From positions 1 through 64,000 of IMG/VR virus record IMGVR_UViG_3300046534_001361: 64,000 nucleotides of DNA. One strand, written 5' to 3'. The translations under genes and the position numbers were made by a program. The DNA comes from a virus. Positions 1 through 10,566 of this stretch are shown here, one piece after another. Within the stretch, counting starts at the first letter, position 1. Each line of letters starts with the position of its first letter. A model generated the notes under the pieces. That model made no database searches. It worked only from the letters and a program-made list of their open reading frames with translations, and was not told where the DNA came from.

Positions 1-3000
1 TCCACAAGTAGGTGATCACATCACCAGCGTCAGGATCTGAACTGCCCGAACCGTCAAGGGTAACCAATCCGCCAGTTATAACACCCTGATCGACCCCAGC
101 ATTAGCCACCGGTGCAACGTTTGCCGCTGGCGTGTCATTCCAGCTTGTGTAACCAGCCTGGGTTGGCGCGTAAGTTTGTTCTGTTGAATTAACGAGCAAC
201 CTGACTTTTGCAGAGTTATTTAAACTCACCCACGGCAGCATAGGCTGTGTTATTGCCCCTCTGCCTGAGTGTGATCCAATCAATACATTGTTAACATAAA
301 CAAAATAATCACCAAGGTCTAAATCGATTTCTAGTCCGATAATATCGTCAACTGCTGCCGGGCTTGGAAATGCCGTTGTTAGTGCGCCAGAACCTGTAAG
401 TGTTGAAGTTGAACTTTCAATGGCATTCGACACGTAAACAAATTGGCCCGTAGGCGCTGATAATTCAATGTTGAATCCTGACTCTGCAAGCCCTATTTTA
501 GTGTCAGTGTCTGAAACTCCAGAAGCATCAATCCGGTACTCAATGTACCATTTTCCGCCTGCCCTCGCGATTAAACCCCGAACATTTGAAAGTGATCCAG
601 TTGACTGAATGATCCGATCCAGATTTGATATTGTGGCCTGAGTTGAAATGTCAAGCGGGTTAAAATGCTCCGTTGACGTCTGGCCCCAAGGTAAATACCC
701 TGTGGTTTGTGGTCCATGAATAAATTCGCTGGTTTCAACAAGTAATTTACACTCAGCAACACCCGTGTTACCGCCGCCAGCAAAGCGAAGAAAAGGTAGC
801 ATTTTGATCGGATAATTCCCAGCGGTTAACTGCCCCGTTGCAACACCGTTTATATAACCAATAGCCGATCCAGTATCAAGATCAATTTCCAATCCTAATA
901 TTGTAGTTTGATTCGTCTGCCGAGCGCTATTATGCGAGCCTGTGCTTATCGATCCAGATGTCGGGGTTTTAATTCCTAAGTGACTAAAATCATTAGATTG
1001 TGCGTTGTAGGGTTCAAGACTAAATAAACTACCGTAATTTACCGTAGTCTTACTTATAACACCACAGTAAAATTTAACCGGTTGGTTTGACGATGAACAA
1101 GAAAACTCAATAAATCTTTTACCGTCAAGATGCTCTATAATGCCTCTAATTTCCACAAATGGACCTGAAGTACCTAACCATCTCACTATTTTGTTTTGAG
1201 AAAAAACTGAAAGATCTAGGCTTTTTTCTGCTGCGTTCCAATGAATTAAAGAAGGTGTGAAATCGGCCTGATCATTCCAAGTTAAAAACCCTAATTGTGT
1301 GGGGATGTAATTTTGCTCTGTTGAGTTAACGAGTAACCGAGCAGTAGCACCGTTGTTTAAAATCATATACGGAACCATTGGGCTTGTTATTGCCCCATGT
1401 CCAGTAAATGATCCAAACAAAACATTGTTAACGTAAACAAAAAAATCACCCAGGTCTAAATTAACCTCAAGCGAAATGATATCGTTTATCAACGCTGGGC
1501 TTGGCATCGGCGTAGTAAGCGCATTAGTTCCGGTCGTTGTTGATGTAGATGATTCAATCTGATCCGATACGATAATGTACTGACCCGACGGAGTGTTAGC
1601 AGTTAAAGTAAAAGTTGTGTTGGCAAAGCCAAGTTTGATATCAGTATTGCTAACACCGCCGCTGTCAACCCGATACTCTATGTACCATTTTCCGCCAGTC
1701 CTGGCAACGGCACCCCGGCCAGATAATAAACCCCCGTCTGATAATAGACTACGGTCAAGATTGCTTATCTTTGCAGCAACTGAAATATCAACAGGGTTCA
1801 TGTGTTCGACCGATAATTTACCCCACGGCAAAAACTCTGCATTGGATGGACCAAAGACAAAATCATTTTCCGTTAGTAATAATTTAGTGTCACCCGTACC
1901 AGCTGGGCTGCCGGTGCTGATCATGCGTGACAGCGGATAAATAGCAGCAGCAAAATCATTAGCTGTAATTGTTTGTGCTAACAGGCCATCAATGTACAAC
2001 GCAATAGTACCGACAAGTAGATCAACCTCGATACCGATAACTTGAGTTTGATTTAGTATTTCGCCGCCCAGTGTTCCGGCGCTCACAGTTCCAGATAAAA
2101 CGGTCCTAGCGACGATTGAACTAGGAGCGTTTAGCTGCAATAATACAGTTTCGTTCGAAGACAACGCCCCGTAAACAGTTCCCGCCCGGCTTATCAGCCC
2201 TGGAGTAAAATTTATACCTGTGTCTGTTGAGGTGCAAATAAATTCAATAAATCGCTTGTCGCCACGATGGTCAACACTTCCACGACCATCAACAACCGAT
2301 CCGCCAGATTCTGATCTTTGTGAGTTTGTGTTTTGGTCTGTGATAGTCATTGATGAGGATTTATCAGTTAAACTCCAATAATCGCCCGAATACAATAAAC
2401 TGATCGGTTGTTCGATGTAAATATTTAAAATGGATAATTTTCCATTTTTGCAAAACAGCTCCACTTTTGATCGTACGTTATCTAAAGTAAACGTACTACC
2501 AAGATCTAAATTGCCCATTGTTTTTACTAAAGTTATAGGCCGGTCACTGTTTGAAATGGATAGTAAAACCCTTGCGCCCTCTTTACAATTGCTGATTGTG
2601 TGTAGCTGTGCAGTGCCTGTGCCAGCGTGATCAATCACGTGTGCAGAGCTAGATATAGTTATTGCACCACTAGCTACTAACAAATCAGCACCCGTTGTTG
2701 TAATATATTGTCCAGCATGGGATATGTCACCGTGACCGTTTATTTGGGCTTTAACAGTTTCGGCATTGCTATTAATCGTAATTATTGGATCGTCATCCTC
2801 GACGCTAGTTGACGTCAAAATTAATGGCGCTTTGATCTGTGCGCTTGATGCTGCTATCCATTTAAGGCCTGATGAATGAAAAATTATAGAATTGCCCGGA
2901 GCAATGGAATGATCACCCTGAGTACTGGTACTGTTCGGAAATGTGGCAATGTAATTTACTGTTGCTAAGACAGATAATATTGAATTTATCACTGTTAGCT

Positions 3001-3430
3001 GTATACCGTCGCTCCCAGGTACAGGCAGGGTGATAGCTGCATCAGCAGCTAGTGTATACAACACACTTTCGTAAATATCAACATCACTTAATGATAATGC
3101 CAGATCAATAGCAGGATCAATTACCTTTTGCCCGGCCCTTTGCTCTGATCCAAACTCAGTGTCTACGCCGTTAGTAGTTATTATATACGTTCCTGGCGCT
3201 ATATAAAAAGCAAAAACACCACTTCCATTAGCAACCGCGCCGGGCTGAGCTATTGGAGTGCTACCAGCATCATCAAGAAAAATAGGCGCTAAAAGGCCAC
3301 TGGATTTAAATTTAACAGAGACTACAGCACCAACTATAACATTAGTATTGTCCGCATCTAAAGCGCCCGCACCAGCTGCCGGTTGGTCTACTTGTGCAAT
3401 CACCGAAAATGACTGATGTATTAATGTCAA
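1..3430 (-). CDS. Large tail fibre / receptor-binding or decoration protein with four SPRY/B30.2-like (ConA-fold) domains and a PKD/Ig-like domain; runs off the window edge
   Basis: Absent from the ORF track because there is no stop in the window. Hand translation from TTG at 3430 (overlaps the upstream TGA, GAGGGT RBS) gives MTLIHQSFSVIAQVDQ..., SPRY-like motifs GKWYIEYRV / DIIGLEIDLDLGDYFVYVNN, and ends APVANAGVDQGVITGGLVTLDGSGSSDPDAGDVITYLW (PKD-type). Frame is consistent to base 2. Confidence 0.8.
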   Translation of the reverse strand, partial: MTLIHQSFSVIAQVDQPAAGAGALDADNTNVIVGAVVSVKFKSSGLLAPIFLDDAGSTPIAQPGAVANGSGVFAFYIAPGTYIITTNGVDTEFGSEQRAGQKVIDPAIDLALSLSDVDIYESVLYTLAADAAITLPVPGSDGIQLTVINSILSVLATVNYIATFPNSTSTQGDHSIAPGNSIIFHSSGLKWIAASSAQIKAPLILTSTSVEDDDPIITINSNAETVKAQINGHGDISHAGQYITTTGADLLVASGAITISSSAHVIDHAGTGTAQLHTISNCKEGARVLLSISNSDRPITLVKTMGNLDLGSTFTLDNVRSKVELFCKNGKLSILNIYIEQPISLLYSGDYWSLTDKSSSMTITDQNTNSQRSESGGSVVDGRGSVDHRGDKRFIEFICTSTDTGINFTPGLISRAGTVYGALSSNETVLLQLNAPSSIVARTVLSGTVSAGTLGGEILNQTQVIGIEVDLLVGTIALYIDGLLAQTITANDFAAAIYPLSRMISTGSPAGTGDTKLLLTENDFVFGPSNAEFLPWGKLSVEHMNPVDISVAAKISNLDRSLLSDGGLLSGRGAVARTGGKWYIEYRVDSGGVSNTDIKLGFANTTFTLTANTPSGQYIIVSDQIESSTSTTTGTNALTTPMPSPALINDIISLEVNLDLGDFFVYVNNVLFGSFTGHGAITSPMVPYMILNNGATARLLVNSTEQNYIPTQLGFLTWNDQADFTPSLIHWNAAEKSLDLSVFSQNKIVRWLGTSGPFVEIRGIIEHLDGKRFIEFSCSSSNQPVKFYCGVISKTTVNYGSLFSLEPYNAQSNDFSHLGIKTPTSGSISTGSHNSARQTNQTTILGLEIDLDTGSAIGYINGVATGQLTAGNYPIKMLPFLRFAGGGNTGVAECKLLVETSEFIHGPQTTGYLPWGQTSTEHFNPLDISTQATISNLDRIIQSTGSLSNVRGLIARAGGKWYIEYRIDASGVSDTDTKIGLAESGFNIELSAPTGQFVYVSNAIESSTSTLTGSGALTTAFPSPAAVDDIIGLEIDLDLGDYFVYVNNVLIGSHSGRGAITQPMLPWVSLNNSAKVRLLVNSTEQTYAPTQAGYTSWNDTPAANVAPVANAGVDQGVITGGLVTLDGSGSSDPDAGDVITYLW

Positions 3431-5991
3431 GATCTTAACCCTCGAATGTTTAAATTGTTATCGCCACTTGTTATAGTAACAGTATTGCCGTTAGATACAA
3501 TAGCAAAACCCTGTTGGCCGCCAGTTGAGCCAGGTTGATTATCGCCAGGCGCACCCCATACCCCGCCGCTAGTAACTCCCACAGATCCGGGCGAGCCAAC
3601 TGATCCATTTTGACCGTCCAGGCCCTCGTCAACAAACCCACTAGATCCATCAAGCTCAACTGTTCCTTTTGAATGCCCATTGCCCCCGATGTAACCCTGA
3701 CCACCGGACCCACCATTACCCGCAGTACCGCCAACGCTGGGCGTGTTTTGACCGACGGACTTACCGCCACCAGCTGCGCCACCGCCCGACCATATAGCAC
3801 CTGCTCCAACATTTATAGAGCAATCAACAGTTGCTACAAATACGTTACCACCCGGCAAACCGTCGGTTCCAAGTTCTGTTTTGCTAGTGACAATAACATC
3901 AGCTGCTTGAGGTATCAGCAACTGCCCACCTGCGCCACCACGACCACCCGCGCCAAACATTGAACCCCTAATGATAAACTCAAAAGTGACACCCGGCGCT
4001 TGAGACCCAGTTGTAAATGCATTGTGCGCGGTTGTAGTCGCACCAATCACAACGCCCGTATCAATTAATATTATGTAGTTCCCGGCTGGTGGGGAGTATT
4101 CAGACGATAGATCATAATTTTCTTTATTTGCATCGATAATAAAATCAATGGTAACGCCCAGCAATGGATCTTGAAATAAACGAGCAACGCATTTGTACTG
4201 CATATTCCCCATGTAAGACAATGATATCAGCTGGTAATTTCTTGATCTCGTAGTTCCATCTAATTCCACACGCTGATCTGATGAAATACTAACAATAGTC
4301 CCCAATTCTAAAACGCTGCCCTGAGTCACACCTACGCTAGTAACGTCTAAAATAAAATCAACTTCAACCGGTATCTCAACAGATCGATCTATAACTCGTT
4401 GAGACATTGCAGCGCCAATAGTGACGTCATTGTTTGATGTCGTTAGCCAATTGTTGAAAAATATTTCTTTTTCGTTTACATCACCTTTTTTCGTAGGTGA
4501 TTCAACGCCAACCTCAACTGCACTAAACACAATTGAGTAATTTTCTATGCCGCTGTCTTTTGTAATGTCGTTAGATGCCCATGCTACAGGGTGTCTTGTA
4601 TATTGCTGCTTTGGTTTTCTTTTAAAATTAAGGCTTCTGGCTTTGAAATGTTCATTATCATTGAGCGATATGACTCCTGCCGATGCATCGGTAACCGGTT
4701 TAATCCTGATCTTGCTGGCCGTTGAGCTGTAAAACATTGTTAGATCACCAATTTTAACTAACTCATTGATTAACTTTTTTATGCTGGTAGGTTTGCTTAT
4801 TATGCGAGTTATTAAAATACTTGAGGTAGCATTGATGGCATCAGTGTAATTATCAAAAAAACGGGTAGGTATAGTAGTTAGATTCATTATAGTTTGAATT
4901 ATTACAACAACATTTACTTGTGCAAACTCAAGGCATTGTTGAACTGTTGAGTTTATTTCATGATCAGTTATTTTTGTCCCACCAATGCCGCGCTCAATAA
5001 TGTTCAGCACAAAATCACTAGCAACGGTAACCCTGATAACCTCAGAATCGATCCTTATTGCAGGGCTAGAGCCGACAACTCCGTAATCTAGTGCAGGCGC
5101 TGAGGTGTACTGTATTGTTGTACTAGCACTAGTTATTTGATTGCTAACAACAGTGCCCAAAGATTTTGCAGGAGCTTGAGCTTTTGTTTCTTCGGTGAGC
5201 ATTAACGGATCCAAAAGGCTTAGTGTAGCAACATTTTTTTCGCTAAGTTGAAAGTCATCAATTAGGTACTCGTCAGTTTGGTAATTATTAAGATTAAAGT
5301 TTTTCGGATCAAATCCAACGTGAGTTTTGACCGGTCGACCTTCAAAATATGGGTTTCGAACTTCAAGTTTGGCAAATAAATTTGAAAGGTTTGTGCGCCT
5401 GCCAGGGTACGGCACGTAGCTATCATAATCAGTATCACTTTGTATTGTGATATTTGCGCGAGCACTGCTTCCCATCGATTCGCCTGGGTCAACTTTAGCG
5501 CCAGATGGTCTATAATTTAAAAGTCCTGAATGGTATTTTTCGCCCAGCGGGAGCGGACACGATGGAAATCTAAACGTTGTCGATAGACCCTCTAAAAATG
5601 AATCCGGAGCGCTACAAGTTTGAGGAAATGATCTACAACTTCCATCAACTTCTCCGGAATGTTTTATTATCACTGATCCTGCTGAATGACTTAAGTTTAC
5701 TGTGCCAAATTTAGATCTACCGTCGATCTGAATGGTTAAATTGTCGATAATTGTTACACTAATTAACTCATCATCCCACAATATGTACGGGTCTGCGTTA
5801 ATAAAGTTGATAGGAGTGCCACCCGTAACAGCTATAGTTACAGCAGTTGCACTAGATGAGATTGCTGAGGATGTAGTGATAGTGCCATCAATAACCGATT
5901 GTGCGGTAGTGTGTCGACATTTATCAAGCAATATATCCACTATTTCAGAGATTGCCTGCCCTGACTGCTCTTTTAATAAGTCAAACGTCAT
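3427..5991 (-). CDS. Tail tip / baseplate hub protein with Gly-rich C-terminus
   Basis: 854 aa, two genes downstream of the tape measure; Gly-rich GAGGRGGAGG C-terminal region typical of siphovirus central tail tip proteins. Confidence 0.7.
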   Translation of the reverse strand: MTFDLLKEQSGQAISEIVDILLDKCRHTTAQSVIDGTITTSSAISSSATAVTIAVTGGTPINFINADPYILWDDELISVTIIDNLTIQIDGRSKFGTVNLSHSAGSVIIKHSGEVDGSCRSFPQTCSAPDSFLEGLSTTFRFPSCPLPLGEKYHSGLLNYRPSGAKVDPGESMGSSARANITIQSDTDYDSYVPYPGRRTNLSNLFAKLEVRNPYFEGRPVKTHVGFDPKNFNLNNYQTDEYLIDDFQLSEKNVATLSLLDPLMLTEETKAQAPAKSLGTVVSNQITSASTTIQYTSAPALDYGVVGSSPAIRIDSEVIRVTVASDFVLNIIERGIGGTKITDHEINSTVQQCLEFAQVNVVVIIQTIMNLTTIPTRFFDNYTDAINATSSILITRIISKPTSIKKLINELVKIGDLTMFYSSTASKIRIKPVTDASAGVISLNDNEHFKARSLNFKRKPKQQYTRHPVAWASNDITKDSGIENYSIVFSAVEVGVESPTKKGDVNEKEIFFNNWLTTSNNDVTIGAAMSQRVIDRSVEIPVEVDFILDVTSVGVTQGSVLELGTIVSISSDQRVELDGTTRSRNYQLISLSYMGNMQYKCVARLFQDPLLGVTIDFIIDANKENYDLSSEYSPPAGNYIILIDTGVVIGATTTAHNAFTTGSQAPGVTFEFIIRGSMFGAGGRGGAGGQLLIPQAADVIVTSKTELGTDGLPGGNVFVATVDCSINVGAGAIWSGGGAAGGGKSVGQNTPSVGGTAGNGGSGGQGYIGGNGHSKGTVELDGSSGFVDEGLDGQNGSVGSPGSVGVTSGGVWGAPGDNQPGSTGGQQGFAIVSNGNTVTITSGDNNLNIRGLRS

Positions 5992-6800
5992 TAAGCATAT
6001 CCATTAAATTCAAACGCGATTGTTGTGTATAGTCCACTAGAATATGTTGGATGCCTTAATTTGTCGGGGTCCTGTCGACCAAATATAACCTCATCAAGGC
6101 TGTTGTTCCATTTAAAGAATGTTGCTTTTGAATCAATCACGTGGTTTTGATATTCGTCCCACCACAAATTAACACCGCTGAAATCAATATAATCAAAAGA
6201 TCCCTTAGCCTCATGGCCCTTTAATTCTCGCCGTCCTTTTACAAAATTATTGCCACCAGAAGTAAAGCCAATCGCTTTATCTTGTAATGCAGTTTTGCCA
6301 GGCTGAAAACCCCTTGAGGGCGTTCTGGGAAACTGAATTGACTCACCAATATGGATCGCGCCGATATAGCATTTAGATGTAAAATTTAATGTTATACGTT
6401 GCTTATTACCAGTGATCTGATCAAAACACAATAAAAACGGCTTGTTATCAGTTAGCGTATTAAATGTTGCCGCAATTATATAACCAGTGCCTGGATCAAC
6501 CTCAACTTGACCTGTTAAACCCGCTGTGCCGCCGTTATGAATCGCTATCCCGACGTAATCAATAATAGATGCATCCGCTTGAACAAACTCAATAACAACT
6601 GATCCGCTCGTTGCTAACGGGCTGTATTGTGTGGCGTCTTTATTGTCGTGTGAGTTGATAAATAAATACTCGGGGTCTTCAGCCTGCCCACTTACAGAGG
6701 ATATTGGGATCGTATTCCTAAAGCCAAATACCGAAAAATCTTTTGTTTTACTGGCTTGCGCAGCTGTCAGCTGTGACTGTACGACAATACAATTTGACAT
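5991..6800 (-). CDS. Distal tail / minor tail protein
   Basis: 269 aa immediately after the tape measure, translationally coupled. Confidence 0.6.
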   Translation of the reverse strand: MSNCIVVQSQLTAAQASKTKDFSVFGFRNTIPISSVSGQAEDPEYLFINSHDNKDATQYSPLATSGSVVIEFVQADASIIDYVGIAIHNGGTAGLTGQVEVDPGTGYIIAATFNTLTDNKPFLLCFDQITGNKQRITLNFTSKCYIGAIHIGESIQFPRTPSRGFQPGKTALQDKAIGFTSGGNNFVKGRRELKGHEAKGSFDYIDFSGVNLWWDEYQNHVIDSKATFFKWNNSLDEVIFGRQDPDKLRHPTYSSGLYTTIAFEFNGYA

Positions 6801-9800
6801 TATGTTAGTACGCCCACTCTAGTTAATTCGGTCTGTGCGTTTGTGATGTTTATTATCGTGTCATCATCATTTGATAGCAAGTCCTGCAATTGCTCTCTAG
6901 TCATAATAAAGTTTTCTGGCGCTCTAATGTCAATTATTCTTTGCTGATTGGGTTGATCAACCGCTTGCTGAGATGGCGAGCCGGATCCAGATGGGGAGCC
7001 TGATCCAGATGGGGAGCTTACACTACCAGCCGATCCTAACGAAGATCCTTTTATAGCTGCAAATAGGGCTGCGCCCTCTGTAGCAACTATAGCCGCGTAA
7101 CGTAAATTTGCCGGAAAAGGGTTATCTAGCGCTTTCGCAACCGCCGAGGCTATGCTAACAATGCTTGATGATATTGCAACGGCTTTTTGTATTTTAAATG
7201 AATTTTTACCAAAAGTTGACAATATTGAAAGTAACGATGTAGCTGCTGATTGGGAATCATTAATTTCTTTCATTTTGGCGGCTCGCTTGATTTTAGCCTC
7301 ATCAATGGCCGCTTTTTTTCTAGCCTCAGCGCTCTTTAATTCTATTTCCGTTAGGGCGTCTTGGAAAACCTGATTATCAGTGATCTGCAATTCTCGAAGT
7401 GCCGCTATTGCCTGCCGTTTTGATTCCTCATCATTTTGAAGTCGTTCTAGTTCGATCTGGAGATCTTCCTCTTGCCTCGCAAGTCTTGTATCCCGTGCCA
7501 TAATTAGCGCGGCTTCCTCATCTGATATAAATCCAAGCTGAGCGGCTAGTTTAAATGCAAGCTGATCTTGAAGTGCTGACTGTTCATTTTTCAGGTCATC
7601 AATAAAAGATGACGGGTCAGATTTTGTTTTGCTAATATTATCCTGTAAAACTTTAGCTGCTGCTAAATTTGCAGCGTTAAAGTCGGCGGTGACTGCCGCT
7701 TTTGAAACCTCGTCATCTCTCAATTTTTTTATTTCAGCGTCAAAATCAGCTTGTCTTTTTTGACTCTTAATAGCGAATGACTGCACAAGCCCTGCTTGTT
7801 CTTCAGTAAAAAACCCTTCACTAACGCCTTTCCTAAAAAGTAGCTCTTGATTTAACAGTCGAGTTTCTTCAATTAGCAATTTTTGGAATTTAGAATCTTT
7901 TCGAGTTTTTGGCGCTTCTTTTACATCTGCCGTCTGCTCATCCAGACGGATTGTTGTTATAACCAATTGTTTGGCTGATATTGTATTAAGCTGATCTTCA
8001 AATTTTGCAACCTGTTCGAAAAGCCCCAGTATTTCGTCTGAGTTTTTTGCTACAGCAATTAATTCACTAATCCCCTGTGCGATTTTAGCAACCCTAATTT
8101 CATCCTCAGTTCCTGTAAACTCGATTTTTTCAGATTTAGTAAATTCATTAAGTTTCTCTCTTGAAATTGAGAGTTGCAAGTTTATTTTTTTAAACTGATC
8201 TTCGAGTTTTTTGGCCTCTGCTAATTGAGCACCATCAGACATTCGCACAAATGCAGCTGTTATTTTATCAATCTCTTCAACCGTGATTTTTGCTTTTGGC
8301 TTTATATTATCTTGAGAGTCAATAAAGGTTTTCATTGCTACTGCTGCAATTATTAAAACGCCAATCGGCCCACCCAAAAATGACATTGCAGTACTCAACC
8401 CTGCGGTTGCTGCTGTTGCTATTCTAGCCGCTACTGTATGCGCTCGCTCTGCTATAGTTAGTCTCACTGTTGCCGCTGTTGCTGCGGCTTTCGCTGAAGT
8501 CGAGACCTGGCTTGCAGCTGTTGAATTTCGATCAGCAATTAAAAGATTTGCTTTAGCTTTTGTTGCTATAACCTCAGCCGCAGAAAGCTCTTTTGTTGCT
8601 AGGGTGTTTGCCTTTTTTGCCGCTGCTAGGCTCCTTTCTGCTACCGATAGACTATCCGTAGTTACTTTGCTTTTTACTTTTGCCGTTTGAGATAACACCT
8701 CAAACTCTGCTGATTTTTTCGTGGCTTGTGCCGTTGCCAGTCTAGATTTTGCCTCTGCCACTGTTGCGGCTGATAGTGTTTTTGATGCTTTTGCGCTAGC
8801 TAAAGTTTGATTTGCTGCGTTGCGTTTAGATCCATCAGCCTTTATTATTGCCGCGCTATTTTCAGCAATTGCTTTTTTTTCTACCCCTTGAGCTATGGCA
8901 AAATCTCTAGTAGCTACTTGTGATTTTCTTGAGCTATCTGTTAATTTAATTTTTGCTTTTTCGTTGGCTTTTTCGGATCTGGTGAGGCTTTTTGTTGCAA
9001 GCCCTAATTCTTTTGTTGCTGATCTTTGATCATTCTTAGCTTTACCAAGTGCGCTCTCAGTTTTGCCTAATTTTCTTTTTTCTTTTTCTGATTTTACATC
9101 TGCACTTGCAGCGTTAAGGGTTTGTTGAGTTTGGTTTTTTGTTGAGTTTGCAGCGCTTAATGTTGTTGCGGCTTTGTGCTGATTAGCGTCTGCTGTTGCA
9201 AGTATCGCCGCTGTTCTTTGTTTTTCTGCCGCTGATAATCTTAATTGTTGATTTGCTAAATTTGCGGCTGCTGCTGCATCAGCCAGCTTTGTACCTGTGC
9301 TGGTTATTGTGGCTTTGGCGCTAGCTATTGTAGCTGCAATGTAGGCTGTTATTGATGGGACAACCCTTGCTAACATCACAGAGCTAAGAATTATTGCACC
9401 ATTTACTAATACGTCAATATTCTCAGACGCTGTTACAAACGCAGCACCAAACGCGGCAACAGTAGTTTTAACTACCGTTGAGCTGCCGATAAAGGCAGTT
9501 GCGTTGGTGTTTGCTATTTCAACATTTTGACCGAATGTTTTAACAGAATCCGCCATTTTTCGATCAATCACGTCTGCTGCCTTATCTAATGCAATGGCAA
9601 GCACTTTGGCGCTAATACCGCCAGTAGCGGCAAAATCCCTAAGTTCGCCTTGAGTCATTTGCAATTCACGCTGCAAGGCTTGCATTATTTCCGGCGCATT
9701 CTCCGCAATTGAATTAAATTCATCCCCGCGCAATACGCCGGAGCTAAAAGCTTGTCCTAACTGAGTAATTGCTCCTCTAGATTCAGCCGCTGATTTTCCT

Positions 9801-10228
9801 AACACTGAGAAGCTTTTTGATATGGTTTCTGTAAGCCTTAAATTTCGCTCAGTAGAAAAGCCAAGTTCTTTAGTTGAACTTGTTAATTGAGCATAAAGCT
9901 CTGAGGTTGCAACCAGTCCTGTTCTTGCGCGGTTAGAGACTCCAACTAAATCCTCAGTCCTTTGAGTTAATTCTGCCGTTGAGCTTGTTGTTTGTCGTAG
10001 CTGATTTTGCACTTGCGTAAACGCATCTGCATACTCTATTACTTTACTAGCAACAAGCGCCGTAGCAACACCAGCTGCTACTTTGCTCATTACCATAAAC
10101 TCAGATGTGGCGCGGTTGGCTGAACTTCTGAGGTTTGTTACCCCTCTATCTAATTGGCTTATTCCTCTCTGCGCTCTGTTTGTTCGCAGCTCAATTTCAA
10201 TTATTTCTCTTACAGTTGCCAAAATCAC
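6800..10228 (-). CDS. Tail tape measure protein
   Basis: 1142 aa; tape-measure N-terminal domain motif (AITQLGQAFSSGVLRGDEFNSIAENAPEIMQAL), Ala/Lys-rich helical region, LGGPIGVLII hydrophobic segment. Confidence 0.95.
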   Translation of the reverse strand: MILATVREIIEIELRTNRAQRGISQLDRGVTNLRSSANRATSEFMVMSKVAAGVATALVASKVIEYADAFTQVQNQLRQTTSSTAELTQRTEDLVGVSNRARTGLVATSELYAQLTSSTKELGFSTERNLRLTETISKSFSVLGKSAAESRGAITQLGQAFSSGVLRGDEFNSIAENAPEIMQALQRELQMTQGELRDFAATGGISAKVLAIALDKAADVIDRKMADSVKTFGQNVEIANTNATAFIGSSTVVKTTVAAFGAAFVTASENIDVLVNGAIILSSVMLARVVPSITAYIAATIASAKATITSTGTKLADAAAAANLANQQLRLSAAEKQRTAAILATADANQHKAATTLSAANSTKNQTQQTLNAASADVKSEKEKRKLGKTESALGKAKNDQRSATKELGLATKSLTRSEKANEKAKIKLTDSSRKSQVATRDFAIAQGVEKKAIAENSAAIIKADGSKRNAANQTLASAKASKTLSAATVAEAKSRLATAQATKKSAEFEVLSQTAKVKSKVTTDSLSVAERSLAAAKKANTLATKELSAAEVIATKAKANLLIADRNSTAASQVSTSAKAAATAATVRLTIAERAHTVAARIATAATAGLSTAMSFLGGPIGVLIIAAVAMKTFIDSQDNIKPKAKITVEEIDKITAAFVRMSDGAQLAEAKKLEDQFKKINLQLSISREKLNEFTKSEKIEFTGTEDEIRVAKIAQGISELIAVAKNSDEILGLFEQVAKFEDQLNTISAKQLVITTIRLDEQTADVKEAPKTRKDSKFQKLLIEETRLLNQELLFRKGVSEGFFTEEQAGLVQSFAIKSQKRQADFDAEIKKLRDDEVSKAAVTADFNAANLAAAKVLQDNISKTKSDPSSFIDDLKNEQSALQDQLAFKLAAQLGFISDEEAALIMARDTRLARQEEDLQIELERLQNDEESKRQAIAALRELQITDNQVFQDALTEIELKSAEARKKAAIDEAKIKRAAKMKEINDSQSAATSLLSILSTFGKNSFKIQKAVAISSSIVSIASAVAKALDNPFPANLRYAAIVATEGAALFAAIKGSSLGSAGSVSSPSGSGSPSGSGSPSQQAVDQPNQQRIIDIRAPENFIMTREQLQDLLSNDDDTIINITNAQTELTRVGVLT

Positions 10229-10566
10229 ACCTTACTATTTGTTTTGGTTATCCGGTTAATTTCGTCTAAAGTGTATTTTTCGTCTAGTTTGCGGATAGCG
10301 TAGATAAATAAATCATCGGGATAACCCCCAGCGCCGTTAAATTGAATATGAGACCTAATTGATGATTCTTTTATGTCCCGTGGCATACGGTCTATATAAT
10401 CACGCTCTCGACTAATATAATTAAAAGATTCAATTAATTTAGCCTGTTTTTTATTCAGATTCGGTTTGTTGATAAAAAACTGATCTTCGATGCCTGCATG
10501 TTTATATTGGTCATAAAGCAACATTTCTTCCGCGCCATAACCGCAATTGGCCCGGTAATCTAGTTC
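10225..10566 (-). CDS. Tail assembly chaperone, frameshift extension (lambda gpT-like)
   Basis: The -1 frame from the slippery site at 10566-10572 reads KELDYRANCGYGAEE into MLLYDQ (track ORF 10225-10524) with no stop. Confidence 0.75.
   Translation of the reverse strand, partial: ELDYRANCGYGAEEMLLYDQYKHAGIEDQFFINKPNLNKKQAKLIESFNYISRERDYIDRMPRDIKESSIRSHIQFNGAGGYPDDLFIYAIRKLDEKYTLDEINRITKTNSKV

Noticed and set aside
571-2630. Track ORFs 571-783, 1593-1940 and 2430-2630
   Set aside because: Shadows of the large minus-strand tail protein that the track missed.
6965-7020. 18 bp tandem repeat near the tape measure 3' end
   Set aside because: Ordinary SPSGSG low-complexity linker.
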